A stretch of DNA of 42,837 nt, taken from assembly GCA_043803945.1 (NCBI GenBank), contig JAZDJN010000062.1, positions 1 to 42,837 on the forward strand, in the 5' to 3' direction. The stretch comes from a bacterium (GTDB lineage: Bacteria > Bacteroidota > Ignavibacteria > UBA10030). This document shows positions 8,928-17,769 of this stretch, piece by piece. Numbering within the stretch: the first letter of the stretch is position 1; the number at the start of each line of letters is the position of its first letter. The translations under genes were made by a program, and so were the position numbers. The notes below the pieces were generated by a model that was given only the letters and a program-made list of their open reading frames with translations, did no database searches and was not told the origin of the DNA.

Positions 8928-9986
8928 TTATACTTGTCTTTCATAGTCGTATGCCAAAAGCATTTCCTTCAATTTGTTCTCTGCGTCATCCAATGCATTT
9001 GCCGTTCCATGCACACCTTGGATATATCCGTCACAAGGAAGAGCTATGAACAAATCCGTTCCAACTGTATCGTCAATAATAGGAATTGCATGTGGTTTCT
9101 CTGTTTCCTCTGAAAGTTTAGCACGTATTGCGCTTGCTACTTTGTTTGCGTTGTCGCTGATAGCAATAGCAAGCGTTTCCATTAGACTAAACGTGCGTGA
9201 TTGATTACTGGTAATTCTCCAATTAAGAATGCCTTTGGCAAGAGCATTAATAATTTCATTTCTTTTCTTTTTGGGACATATCAGACAACTACCGAAAGCA
9301 TTCTTAGATTCTTTCCAACCATTATCTCGGAGTTCTTTTCCAATATCATCCGTTATTTCACGTTCGTGTTTATTCAATGACACAGAAAAGAGCGTACGTA
9401 TATCTATTGCAATGTCGTACACAAATAGTCCTGCAGCTCTTGTGTTATCTTGAATAAAATTCCTGCGTGTAAGAGATATTTTTTTGTCTTCAAGAAATTT
9501 ATTGATCTCTACTTCTGACAGTTCTTTTCCGTTTGCATCACGCACTTTTACGGGATGAATATCGGGATTGCTGCTGCGATCAAATGTTAAATTCTCTCTT
9601 GCGACACTGCATAAAAGAGGATGTAATGCACGCATAGCGGAGATAGATAATGGGCTTCGTCTCTTAACTGGTGTTTCTCCAGCTTGAGCTCTCATCCAAC
9701 CTCCAAGCAATTGGTCTGTATATTTAGGATCACAAGGTGACCAAGGTTCTCCCTCACCCAAGCCGCCTTTTTCTTTTATTATTTTATTGAAAGTTATCGG
9801 TGCTTGTTGCTCTCCTAACAATTCCAAGATAGAATCTAATGCTGAACGCTTAACTTGTTGACCACTTGAATAAGGAACATACTTCCCAAATTGACTATCA
9901 TAGTATGTCTTTTGTCCTTCTTGGACACAAAACACTGTATGTTCGGCATGTCGAAGCCCGCGAAGATAAATAAATGGTGATCCCAT
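8928..9986 (-). CDS. cas7: Cas7 backbone subunit (Bacteroidota-type variant)
   Basis: 352 aa with PYSSGQQVKRS, DQLLGGWM and KRRSPLSIS, which resemble Cas7 RAMP motifs; position in the operon. Confidence 0.85.
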   Translation of the reverse strand: MGSPFIYLRGLRHAEHTVFCVQEGQKTYYDSQFGKYVPYSSGQQVKRSALDSILELLGEQQAPITFNKIIKEKGGLGEGEPWSPCDPKYTDQLLGGWMRAQAGETPVKRRSPLSISAMRALHPLLCSVARENLTFDRSSNPDIHPVKVRDANGKELSEVEINKFLEDKKISLTRRNFIQDNTRAAGLFVYDIAIDIRTLFSVSLNKHEREITDDIGKELRDNGWKESKNAFGSCLICPKKKRNEIINALAKGILNWRITSNQSRTFSLMETLAIAISDNANKVASAIRAKLSEETEKPHAIPIIDDTVGTDLFIALPCDGYIQGVHGTANALDDAENKLKEMLLAYDYERQV

Positions 9987-10019
9987 GTTGGTTCTCCTTA
10001 TTTAAAGTTGTTTTTACTA

Positions 10020-10316
10020 TCAATTGGGTAATGCATATTTGAAACGCATCAGCGTTACAAAAAGCGGCACATTATCGACTGCAATATTCTCCATTAACTC
10101 ATGAACAAGAGTATTACATACTTCCCCCATCGTTGTTGGCTCTTCTTCCACAAGTTGAGTAAGCCGATCAATCAACTCTTTGCGATTTCGGGAAGACAAT
10201 AGCTCTTTTATTTCGTTATCACGCTTCACAGTTCCCTTCCTTCCTCCTTTTTCATACTTTCGAAACGCTTGAGCGGCTTTTTCTGCTAAACCAAGAAGAT
10301 TTTTGTTATTTAACAT
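10020..10316 (-). CDS. cas11: Probable Cas11 small subunit translated from an internal in-frame start in cas8 (98 aa, MLNNKNLL...)
   Basis: In-frame ATG at 10316 preceded by GGTGATC (10326-10320), complementary to the extended 16S anti-SD. Internal Cas11 translation is established for types I-B, I-C and I-D. Confidence 0.55.
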   Translation of the reverse strand: MLNNKNLLGLAEKAAQAFRKYEKGGRKGTVKRDNEIKELLSSRNRKELIDRLTQLVEEEPTTMGEVCNTLVHELMENIAVDNVPLFVTLMRFKYALPN

Positions 10317-11366
10317 AGCGATCACCCATGTAATGTAAATTGAATAGTTAATTTTAGATTTTTCATCATCCTTAAGTTTTGGCATCTCATTTGAACTGGA
10401 TCTACCAGGCATATATTTCCACAAATCTTTTGGTTCTATAGCTTTTAAACCAATTGTTCCTTGTTCGCATGCACGTGAAAAAGGATATTGAGTTTCATAC
10501 AAAGCAACCATTTGCTTTATGCCCACAGAATCACTCTTTTTAAATATTTTATCATAGAATTCCCAAAACTTATTTACCTCCGGTAAATTAAGATTAATAA
10601 AACCAAGGGTTACGTATTTCTGTTTATCATATATATATCTCGAACTAAAAATAGTAACGTTCTCTTTCGGAAATATGCTCGACAATAAAAACAACATCTT
10701 AATCCAGCTCTGCTGTTTTAGAGCATAGTTAGCTTTTCGTTTTTCGCTGGTTTCTTTTTCTACATATTCATCCAAGAGAAATTTCTTAACTATTTTGTCT
10801 TTATTAAAAGTATGGTCAAGCCAAACACTATTCCATAGATCAATCTCATTTGGTTTTAAATCCAGCACTTTTGAGTTCAAATGTTTTCGATATTCAGACC
10901 AACCTGAATAAATCGTCCAAAGCAACTTTTCATTGTTCATATACCATACTTGTTTCCCCTCTACTTCTATCCCAAAGCCAGCCCCAATCCATGAAGAATA
11001 TATACTTTCTTTGTCCATAGGAAGAGTTAAAGATGATACTTGTCCTGAAGTATCAAAAAGGTCATTAGCAGCCGGGAACCCTATTGCAAAGCTACTATCT
11101 GGAACATCTTCTTCGATTTTTTTATTTAATTTTTCAAGTTTACGTTTTTGCTCATCTTCAAATGTTTTTATTCCCTTTCTTTCTTTAGCAGGAAGTTTCT
11201 GAACAAAAGGAGAGTTAACAATCCATTTAAAATACTTCTTATGGTTATAGAATTCTTCAAAAACTTCTTTTTTAAAGAATAATTCTGCAGATAATCTTTT
11301 ATTTTTCTTTTTATTATATATTTCTAAAAATCGCTGCCCAATAAACGATATGTACATAGCTTTCAC
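10020..11366 (-). CDS. cas8: Probable Cas8 large subunit (divergent, AT-rich)
   Basis: 448-aa Lys-rich protein between cas3 and cas7 with a helical C-terminus; assigned mainly by position. Confidence 0.7.
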   Translation of the reverse strand: MKAMYISFIGQRFLEIYNKKKNKRLSAELFFKKEVFEEFYNHKKYFKWIVNSPFVQKLPAKERKGIKTFEDEQKRKLEKLNKKIEEDVPDSSFAIGFPAANDLFDTSGQVSSLTLPMDKESIYSSWIGAGFGIEVEGKQVWYMNNEKLLWTIYSGWSEYRKHLNSKVLDLKPNEIDLWNSVWLDHTFNKDKIVKKFLLDEYVEKETSEKRKANYALKQQSWIKMLFLLSSIFPKENVTIFSSRYIYDKQKYVTLGFINLNLPEVNKFWEFYDKIFKKSDSVGIKQMVALYETQYPFSRACEQGTIGLKAIEPKDLWKYMPGRSSSNEMPKLKDDEKSKINYSIYITWVIAMLNNKNLLGLAEKAAQAFRKYEKGGRKGTVKRDNEIKELLSSRNRKELIDRLTQLVEEEPTTMGEVCNTLVHELMENIAVDNVPLFVTLMRFKYALPN

Positions 11367-11369
11367 CTT

Positions 11370-13505
11370 TTAGATTACAGTATCAATTTCTTTCCATTCT
11401 AAACCTACCGACGGACTATACAATTCGTCATGGACAATAATTGGGGACGTTCCATATTTTGAATATCCATAATTTGTGAACTTACGGAACCTTGCCGTTC
11501 GTGGAATCGGTATTTCCAGACTGATTCGTTGTTCGCTGTTTCCCTTTTCATATTGCTCTAAATCTGAATATCGAATCGCTGTTGCTGATTCAATGTTCAA
11601 TGCTTCCATTAGAACAGAAGAGGGGAAATGGCAAAGTTCCGTTAAAAGAAACTCATCCCTTTCCCATACTAAATGAGTATTAATGGAAATCTCTTTGAGA
11701 GTTGGAAACACTTCATCAATTATCTTTTGCAAATCACGCTCGTGTAATACTTCGTTATCCGGTAACTGCGCAAAACTTCGTTCTAGCAACTCTTGTGCAT
11801 AGGGCAAACATGCTTTGCTCTCATCAGGCGGTTCGATAACATATACTGGCTTTAATATCCTGTTCCGAACACTCTCCTCGGTTCTACGCCTGTTGATGCG
11901 TCCGAACCGTTGAATGAGACTGTCAAACGGAGCACACTCGGTTATCATCACATCAAAGCTAATGTCCAAGCTTACTTCCACTACTTGCGTTGAAACGACA
12001 ATGCAGGCTTTTGAAGAGCAATCGAATTTTTCCCGAAGTTCTTTTTCTAATTCTGCCCTATCCTGCCGTCGGAATCGGCTATGAAGAAGCATTTGCGGCA
12101 TATCGGGGAAAAGTTCACAGCATTCCTTGAAGCGTTTCTGTGCGGCATCTACTCTATTGCACACGATGAGGACTTTTTTGTTCTCTTGTAGAGCTTGTAG
12201 AATAATGCTCCGTGTTTCATCAAATGAAGAAATCTTATGAACAATGTGTCTATCGAACGTAACAAGCGTATTTTGAGGCAATGACACGGTGTATGTTTGT
12301 TTCTTCCCTCCAAGAAGTTTTAATATTTTCTTTTGCAACACCAACGGCATTGTTGCACTGCCGACATGAACTCGGCAACGCAGTTTTAACAACGCTTTGA
12401 TGATTTCTAAAACCATAGACTGCGCGATCTCGGAGTACGAATGAATTTCATCCAGGATGACATCATTCCCCATAATATCAACAGCAAGCGCTTCGAAACC
12501 ACGCGTTCCACAAATCAATGATGCCAATTGATGAGGTGTTAAGACTTTAATGGCGGCACCGACTTTATCTTGTAAAACTTTTTCTTCATACGATTCGCTT
12601 CCTTTCACTACCAATCTTGACGATGCATGAAGCACTCGTATTTCAGCTTGATTCGGAAGCTGCTGCCGAAATCGTTCGTACATAGCATTGATGGACGCTT
12701 GAAAAGGTAATGTATAAAAGACCCTGCTACTGCAACGGCGCATAAGAAAATCTGTTTTCCCCGATCCCGTTGGTGCAACAACAAGAGTATGCGGTATCTT
12801 ATCGTCGGCAGAAAGAAGGGATAAAGGAAATAGAGTATTCGACCGATTATCAAATGCTGAGAGATCGGGAGTTTGGAATATCGTTGAAATACGGACATTT
12901 GTTTTTTCGTTCAATGCAGAGGCAAAATGGTCTGCCCCAACAAGCACGCCTTTCCATTTCGACCAACCAAGTGATTTTTTTGAGCAATATTCAATAGTAT
13001 ACCGATATGCCCTCAATGCTTCATCTTTCGAAATGCTTCGCGTAGAAATACCAACATCGGACAGAATAGCAAGAGCTACAGACGACCATTCTTCCCAAGG
13101 ATCAACATGCCGTTCAAATATCTCATCGCTTCCTTCTATATTTTCTAAATCCAAGATTCCCTGTTCACGCGCATCCTGGCGAATGGAACGATGATGAGCA
13201 ACGATCATATCAACAAGTGCATTCCAATCTTTTTGCGGGAATAATGGAAGGAATAAAAGTGATGCAATTTCATGCCGGAAAGTAATGCCAAAATTATCGT
13301 TCCTATTATTTTTCAACTTTCGCTGGAAATCCGGATGCGACTTGCCAACATCATGCAAAAGCCCTCCGAGCCGTGCAAGCCTTTTATCCAATCCTGCCGA
13401 TTCGGCAACTCTTTCTGCTACAGAAGCAACATGACGTAAATGATCGGTTAAAAGTGTTCCACCATTGTTCACACTCTTAGCGTATATGTCTTGAAGCGGA
13501 TTCAT
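11370..13505 (-). CDS. cas3: Cas3 HD nuclease-helicase
   Basis: HD domain (LLHDVGK, AHH, GADH), Walker A APTGSGKT, DEIH, SAT, STQVVEVSLDI, QRFGRINR. Confidence 0.97.
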   Translation of the reverse strand: MNPLQDIYAKSVNNGGTLLTDHLRHVASVAERVAESAGLDKRLARLGGLLHDVGKSHPDFQRKLKNNRNDNFGITFRHEIASLLFLPLFPQKDWNALVDMIVAHHRSIRQDAREQGILDLENIEGSDEIFERHVDPWEEWSSVALAILSDVGISTRSISKDEALRAYRYTIEYCSKKSLGWSKWKGVLVGADHFASALNEKTNVRISTIFQTPDLSAFDNRSNTLFPLSLLSADDKIPHTLVVAPTGSGKTDFLMRRCSSRVFYTLPFQASINAMYERFRQQLPNQAEIRVLHASSRLVVKGSESYEEKVLQDKVGAAIKVLTPHQLASLICGTRGFEALAVDIMGNDVILDEIHSYSEIAQSMVLEIIKALLKLRCRVHVGSATMPLVLQKKILKLLGGKKQTYTVSLPQNTLVTFDRHIVHKISSFDETRSIILQALQENKKVLIVCNRVDAAQKRFKECCELFPDMPQMLLHSRFRRQDRAELEKELREKFDCSSKACIVVSTQVVEVSLDISFDVMITECAPFDSLIQRFGRINRRRTEESVRNRILKPVYVIEPPDESKACLPYAQELLERSFAQLPDNEVLHERDLQKIIDEVFPTLKEISINTHLVWERDEFLLTELCHFPSSVLMEALNIESATAIRYSDLEQYEKGNSEQRISLEIPIPRTARFRKFTNYGYSKYGTSPIIVHDELYSPSVGLEWKEIDTVI

Positions 13506-14125
13506 CGAGTAGATATCTGTGATGCTAATGGGTTATTACCAACAATATGAAGCCATCCATACATCGGTTTGCTGTTATCGAAACGATTAAAGCCGACAAT
13601 GAAGGATTGCTTAGTTTTTCCAAAGCGTAATTCAAAGCCGTTAAAACCATTATCCGGTTCGTCAAATTTTTCTTCGTTTATTTTTAAGATGTGTTCGTTT
13701 GTCGGAAATTCGGCAGGCAACAGAACATCTTCATTGCGGCACAAACAAATGTGCTGCTGTATTGCCCGTTCGGCAAATTCAAGTTTGGATAAAGCTATGT
13801 AAAGAATCGGATTCAGCAGAACACCACGTATTAAAATTGACCGTGGCCTATCTATAACAACAATATTCTCTTTCTTTTTAACGGTAATATTTATACCACG
13901 CGGCTGTGTTTGTTCTTGTTGTTTTGATAGTCCGATATAAGTCAAACGATGTCGCACAATTCTTGGATCGTATTTTTTTTGTTCCAGCAATTCTGGGAAC
14001 AGTTTCTTTTCTATTCCTTCAATTATCGAAGGTGTTAGAAAGTTTTGGCTATAGGTTTCACTATCCCTCACAGCTGTCCAAGGTTTAATGAAACCGAATG
14101 GTCCTGAATACTTCACGATATACAT
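13502..14125 (-). CDS. cas5: Cas5 family RAMP
   Basis: N-terminal YSGPFGFIKPW...LTPSIIEG Cas5-like motif; 4-nt overlap with the cas3 start. Confidence 0.75.
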   Translation of the reverse strand: MYIVKYSGPFGFIKPWTAVRDSETYSQNFLTPSIIEGIEKKLFPELLEQKKYDPRIVRHRLTYIGLSKQQEQTQPRGINITVKKKENIVVIDRPRSILIRGVLLNPILYIALSKLEFAERAIQQHICLCRNEDVLLPAEFPTNEHILKINEEKFDEPDNGFNGFELRFGKTKQSFIVGFNRFDNSKPMYGWLHIVGNNPLASQISTR

Positions 14126-14149
14126 TTTTCGTCTCCTTCTGGCATGGGC

Positions 14150-14195
14150 GAAGGTTACCTTCCACTATGTTAAGCTATGCGAGAAGGTAACCTTC
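14150..14195. repeat. REP-like inverted doublet in the cas6-cas5 gap
   Basis: GAAGGTTACCTTC 14150-14162 and GAAGGTAACCTTC 14183-14195, 20 nt apart; identical 13-mers to the pair next to the RAYT. Confidence 0.88.
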
Positions 14196-14203
14196 TGGCA
14201 AAT

Positions 14204-14860
14204 TTAGCAGAGCGCTCCAAAACCGCTTCCTGTTGAATGTCCGACTCCAACTTCCCAAGCAAATGCGACCGCCTCTGGTGTTCCTTCTATCATTACCGGG
14301 CAAACACTTGCTCTATTTTGAATACCTTTAATTGTGACAAGCCGTGTTTTACACTTTTCGTATGTCCTGTCAAAGAATACTTTTATCCCTTTGTTAACTA
14401 TTCCAGCTTTTTCCAATTTTGTTTTGAGCGTTGCCGTCAACACATCATCAACTCCAGAATCAGAAAACAGTAGATGCTTTATTCCTTGACCATCATATTT
14501 TTTTACAAGAACAGGTGTTGCGGTTAAAAATCTTTGATGTTCGCTGAATTTTGGTGTACCTACCATTTGTACATCGGTAATCCTCATACCGCAACAAACG
14601 TTTGGTTCCGAAAGAAGACCACTCATAACTTTTTTTGCCAGAGCCTCATTCCAGCAACTGATGAACCACTTTGCTCCTTTAGGAAAATTCAGCATGTCTT
14701 TTTCTTTTTTCCCTCCCGATAACCAGCTTAGAGAATAAAGACTGATGTCGTCATGTATTTCATTCGGACCAAGCCATTTATGAAATGCACCGATCAAAAA
14801 ATGCTGGTACTCAAAAGGTACAGGTTCAATATTCGGTGTTAAATTAAAATAGAGTCGCAT
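14204..14860 (-). CDS. cas6: Cas6 crRNA-processing endoribonuclease
   Basis: C-terminal Gly-rich loop GVGHSTGSGFG; SLYSLSWL; RBS AGGAG upstream. Confidence 0.96.
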   Translation of the reverse strand: MRLYFNLTPNIEPVPFEYQHFLIGAFHKWLGPNEIHDDISLYSLSWLSGGKKEKDMLNFPKGAKWFISCWNEALAKKVMSGLLSEPNVCCGMRITDVQMVGTPKFSEHQRFLTATPVLVKKYDGQGIKHLLFSDSGVDDVLTATLKTKLEKAGIVNKGIKVFFDRTYEKCKTRLVTIKGIQNRASVCPVMIEGTPEAVAFAWEVGVGHSTGSGFGALC

Positions 14861-14872
14861 CTTTGTTTTCTC

Positions 14873-15001
14873 CTAGTATCTCGTTATGAGCCAAGTTGTA
14901 AGCATTATCGTCTCTCGAATAATTTTCATCGCCAGATCATATACATCATTGAAATCCAAACTACTAATCAATAAAAAACCACTCTCAATACCTACCGGCA
15001 T
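14873..15001 (-). pseudogene. Possible remnant (C-terminal helix) of a second four-helix-bundle gene
   Basis: Manual translation MPVGIESGFLLISSLDFNDVYDLAMKIIRETIMLTTWLITRY*; ungapped similarity to the C-terminus of 7174-7539. Confidence 0.4.
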
Positions 15002-15227
15002 ATCAAGTGGTCATTTATTTGTGCATTTAATCACGCGTCCTCCCGAATGAAGAAGTATTCGGTTCTGTCGGCATCGAAATGTATGTAATTTTCGATCTAT
15101 CTTCAACGCTTTAACCATACCACACTTTTGTCACTCTTCTGTGACTCTTTTTGATAGATTTGCCACTTTGTTCCCAAAGTAAGTCGGTAAAAATTTACCC
15201 AATAATTATTCCGACACCACCCTTTCG

Positions 15228-15473
15228 ACACCGCTTTACATCGAAGTAGAAATATCCACGAACCTCTATCTACCGATGATTCTAACGAGGCTCAAGGGCG
15301 TTATCGGTAAACAACCTACCATCGGACCAGGCGGTCACCATGAGTATACCAGCTATTGTATTCTGGAAACAATGGATGGCGAGATGGAAGGGACATATAT
15401 TATGCAACGCACCGAAGACAACCTCTTTACTGTGAGAATCCCAAAATTCCTCCTCAGAGCACACGCCAACTGA
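15228..15473 (+). pseudogene. apaG: apaG remnant (C-terminal half intact, central part missing)
   Basis: GVIGKQPTIGPGGHHEYTSYCILET...MEGTY...VRIPKFLL is the ApaG C-terminus; the region is far shorter than a ~125-aa ApaG. Confidence 0.75.
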
Positions 15474-15499
15474 TTGACAAGCTTTTGCTCTCCCTCTTC

Positions 15500-15533
15500 A
15501 CCTGCCTTCGCACTTCGTGCTCCGGCAGGCAGG
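15500..15533. repeat. CCTGCC...GGCAGGCAGG palindromic element after apaG
   Basis: ACCTGCCTTCGCACTTCGTGCTCCGGCAGGCAGG forms a nested hairpin (CCTGCC/GGCAGG outer stem, GCAC/GTGC inner stem). Confidence 0.6.
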
Positions 15534-15637
15534 CTCTTCATGCTTTACTCTTCACTATTTCACATTTACAATTCCCCATTTACAATTCTTCTTTTCCTTT
15601 TCAATATTTCCTTTTTCGTCGTACCTTATCCTCCGCA

Positions 15638-16146
15638 ATGAAGCTCTTCTCTCAACACTATGGCGATGGGCCTCCACTGATAATCCTCCATGGATTGTTT
15701 GACTCCTCAGATAATTGGCACACACTCGCACGACGATTCAGCCAGAACTTTCGGGTCTTCACACTCGATCTGCGCAACCATGGCAGGTCTCCTCATTCAG
15801 AAGATATTAATTATGATCTGATGCGAAATGATATTCTTGAGTTTATGGAAGAACAGAGCCTGTCATTGATTCATCTCATGGGACACTCAATTGGAAGATG
15901 AATCTTGATGCCATTTTTCAGAACTATCCTTCGATTAATCGTTCCATTTCAGCTCCGACACCGTTCCCAAAACCAGTATTGTTCATTCGGGGCGGAGAAT
16001 CTGGATATATACTCGATTCCGATCTTGAATCTATCAGGACACTATTCCCGCAAGCCAATGTATTGACGATTCCGAAGGCCGGCCATTGGGTTCACGCCGA
16101 CGCACCGGACGAATTGTATCGCTCAGTACTCCAATTTCTCCTCTAA
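15638..16146 (+). pseudogene. Alpha/beta hydrolase (YbfF-like esterase), split by an internal deletion/frameshift
   Basis: 15638-15901 has LHGLF, DLRNHGRS and GHSIG then stops; 15898-16146 has LFIRGG and AGHWVHAD; total about 170 aa versus about 255 aa expected. Confidence 0.8.
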
Positions 16147-16290
16147 ACTGTTCATTCCTCAAATTCCATAGATTTCTGTGGTAAGTTTCTTTGTGGAATT
16201 TTCTCTTTCAATTTTCACCTTTTTCACGTTTATTAGCCGACAAGAGATTTGTAATAACCAGCATCCCCTTCACACAATGGGAGCATCGCC

Positions 16291-17541
16291 ATGAACAATA
16301 TACTACTCGAACGCTTTTTACGTTATGTACAGATTGACACTCAATCGCAGGAGGACTCTGAAGCTTACCCCAGCACAAGTAAACAATTCGATCTGCTGAA
16401 CCTCCTTGTAAAGGAGCTCCAGGAACTCGGGTTGAGCGATGTTTCCATCGACAAGTATGGTTATGTGATGGCAACCATTCCGAGCAACCTCTCCTCTTCC
16501 CATCCGGCGTACGGCAAAGTCCCTGCAGTCGGTTTCATTGCCCACGTCGATACATCACCCTCGACATCAGGTACAAATGTGAAGCCGCAGGTTATCGAGA
16601 AGTACGCGGGCGGCGATCTCGTGCTTCCGGCCGATCCTGCTGTAATCATTAAGGAAATAGAAAACCCCGAACTAAAAAAATGTATTGGCGGCACAATCAT
16701 TACCGCCGATGGGACGACTCTCCTCGGAGCGGATAACAAAGCGGGTATCGCTATCATTATGACGGCAGCACAGACTTTGCTGCAAAATCCCTCCATCCTT
16801 CACGGCGATGTGAAAATTGGATTTACACCCGATGAAGAAGTTGGCGCCGGTACAAAATATTTTGATCTCAAAAAGTTCGGTGCACAGTTTGCCTACACGG
16901 TCGATGGCGACGCGGCCGGTGAGTTGAATAAAGAAACGTTCAGTGCTAATTCAGCCATCATCACCATCCATGGCCGGAACATCCACCCGGGAACGGCAAA
17001 AGGAATTATGGTCAACTCCATCCGAACGCTTGCCGACATCATTGTCCGGCTGCCAAAAGACATGGCGCCAGAGACTACCGAGGGGTATGAGCCTTACATC
17101 CATCCCCATGCCATCAACGGAGAAGAAGCCAAATCGACGATGAAAATGCTGTTGAGGGATTTTCGAACTGAAGGACTTGACGAACTGAAGAAACGGTTGG
17201 AAGACATTATTGCCGAAGTTCAGCCGCTGCATCCGAAAGCAACAATCGAATTGCAGATTATTGAATCCTATCGCAATATGAAAGATGGACTCGACAAGGA
17301 TCAGCGCGTACTCGATTGTTTATGGGAAGCGACAAAGAGGAGTGGATTGGAACCAGAATGGGTACCGATCCGGGGCGGTACCGATGGTTCCCGCTTGACC
17401 GCCATGGGGCTGCCAACACCAAATATTTTTACCGGTGCAAAGAACTTCCACGGAAAAACCGAATGGGCCTCATTGGAGGGGATGATGAAATCTGTCGAAA
17501 CGGTTGTGAACCTGGCACAGGTTTGGGTGGAACGCAGTTGA
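16291..17541 (+). CDS. pepT: Peptidase T (M20B tripeptidase)
   Basis: AHVDTS, LLGADNKAG, FTPDEEVG, AYTVDG, IRGGTDG, NFH motifs. Confidence 0.96.
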   Translation: MNNILLERFLRYVQIDTQSQEDSEAYPSTSKQFDLLNLLVKELQELGLSDVSIDKYGYVMATIPSNLSSSHPAYGKVPAVGFIAHVDTSPSTSGTNVKPQVIEKYAGGDLVLPADPAVIIKEIENPELKKCIGGTIITADGTTLLGADNKAGIAIIMTAAQTLLQNPSILHGDVKIGFTPDEEVGAGTKYFDLKKFGAQFAYTVDGDAAGELNKETFSANSAIITIHGRNIHPGTAKGIMVNSIRTLADIIVRLPKDMAPETTEGYEPYIHPHAINGEEAKSTMKMLLRDFRTEGLDELKKRLEDIIAEVQPLHPKATIELQIIESYRNMKDGLDKDQRVLDCLWEATKRSGLEPEWVPIRGGTDGSRLTAMGLPTPNIFTGAKNFHGKTEWASLEGMMKSVETVVNLAQVWVERS

Positions 17542-17730
17542 AAATGCGGAATTGGAAATGTTGATTAGGGAATGGGGAGGAAGGAGGAAGACGAGAGAGG
17601 TAAGAAGCAAAAAGGAAAAAGTGAGAAGTTAAAAGTGACAAAATGAGAGATCCTCTTTTTCCTCTCTCTGCTGTCATCATTCTTCTCTCACATCTCTTTT
17701 CCATCTCCCGTCTGCCTTCCACGGTCTACC
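17541..17730. repeat. Purine-rich then pyrimidine-rich heptamer-periodic tract (imperfect inverted arrangement)
   Basis: GGAGGAA GGAGGAA GACGAGA ... AAAGTGA GAAGTTA AAAGTGA, followed by TCTCACA TCTCTTT TCCATCT CCCGTCT. Confidence 0.6.
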
Positions 17731-17769
17731 GCAATAAGTTCTTTGCTTTAAAAACAAAAAGGAGATCAT

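Noticed and set aside
15356-15637. N-terminal extension of the 181-aa ORF 15356-15901
   Set aside because: It reads through the apaG remnant off-frame and through repeats; hydrolase similarity starts at ATG 15638.
16723-16746. PepT GADNKAG instead of GADDKAG as an inactivating change
   Set aside because: The first Asp, the presumed metal ligand, and all other motifs are kept.
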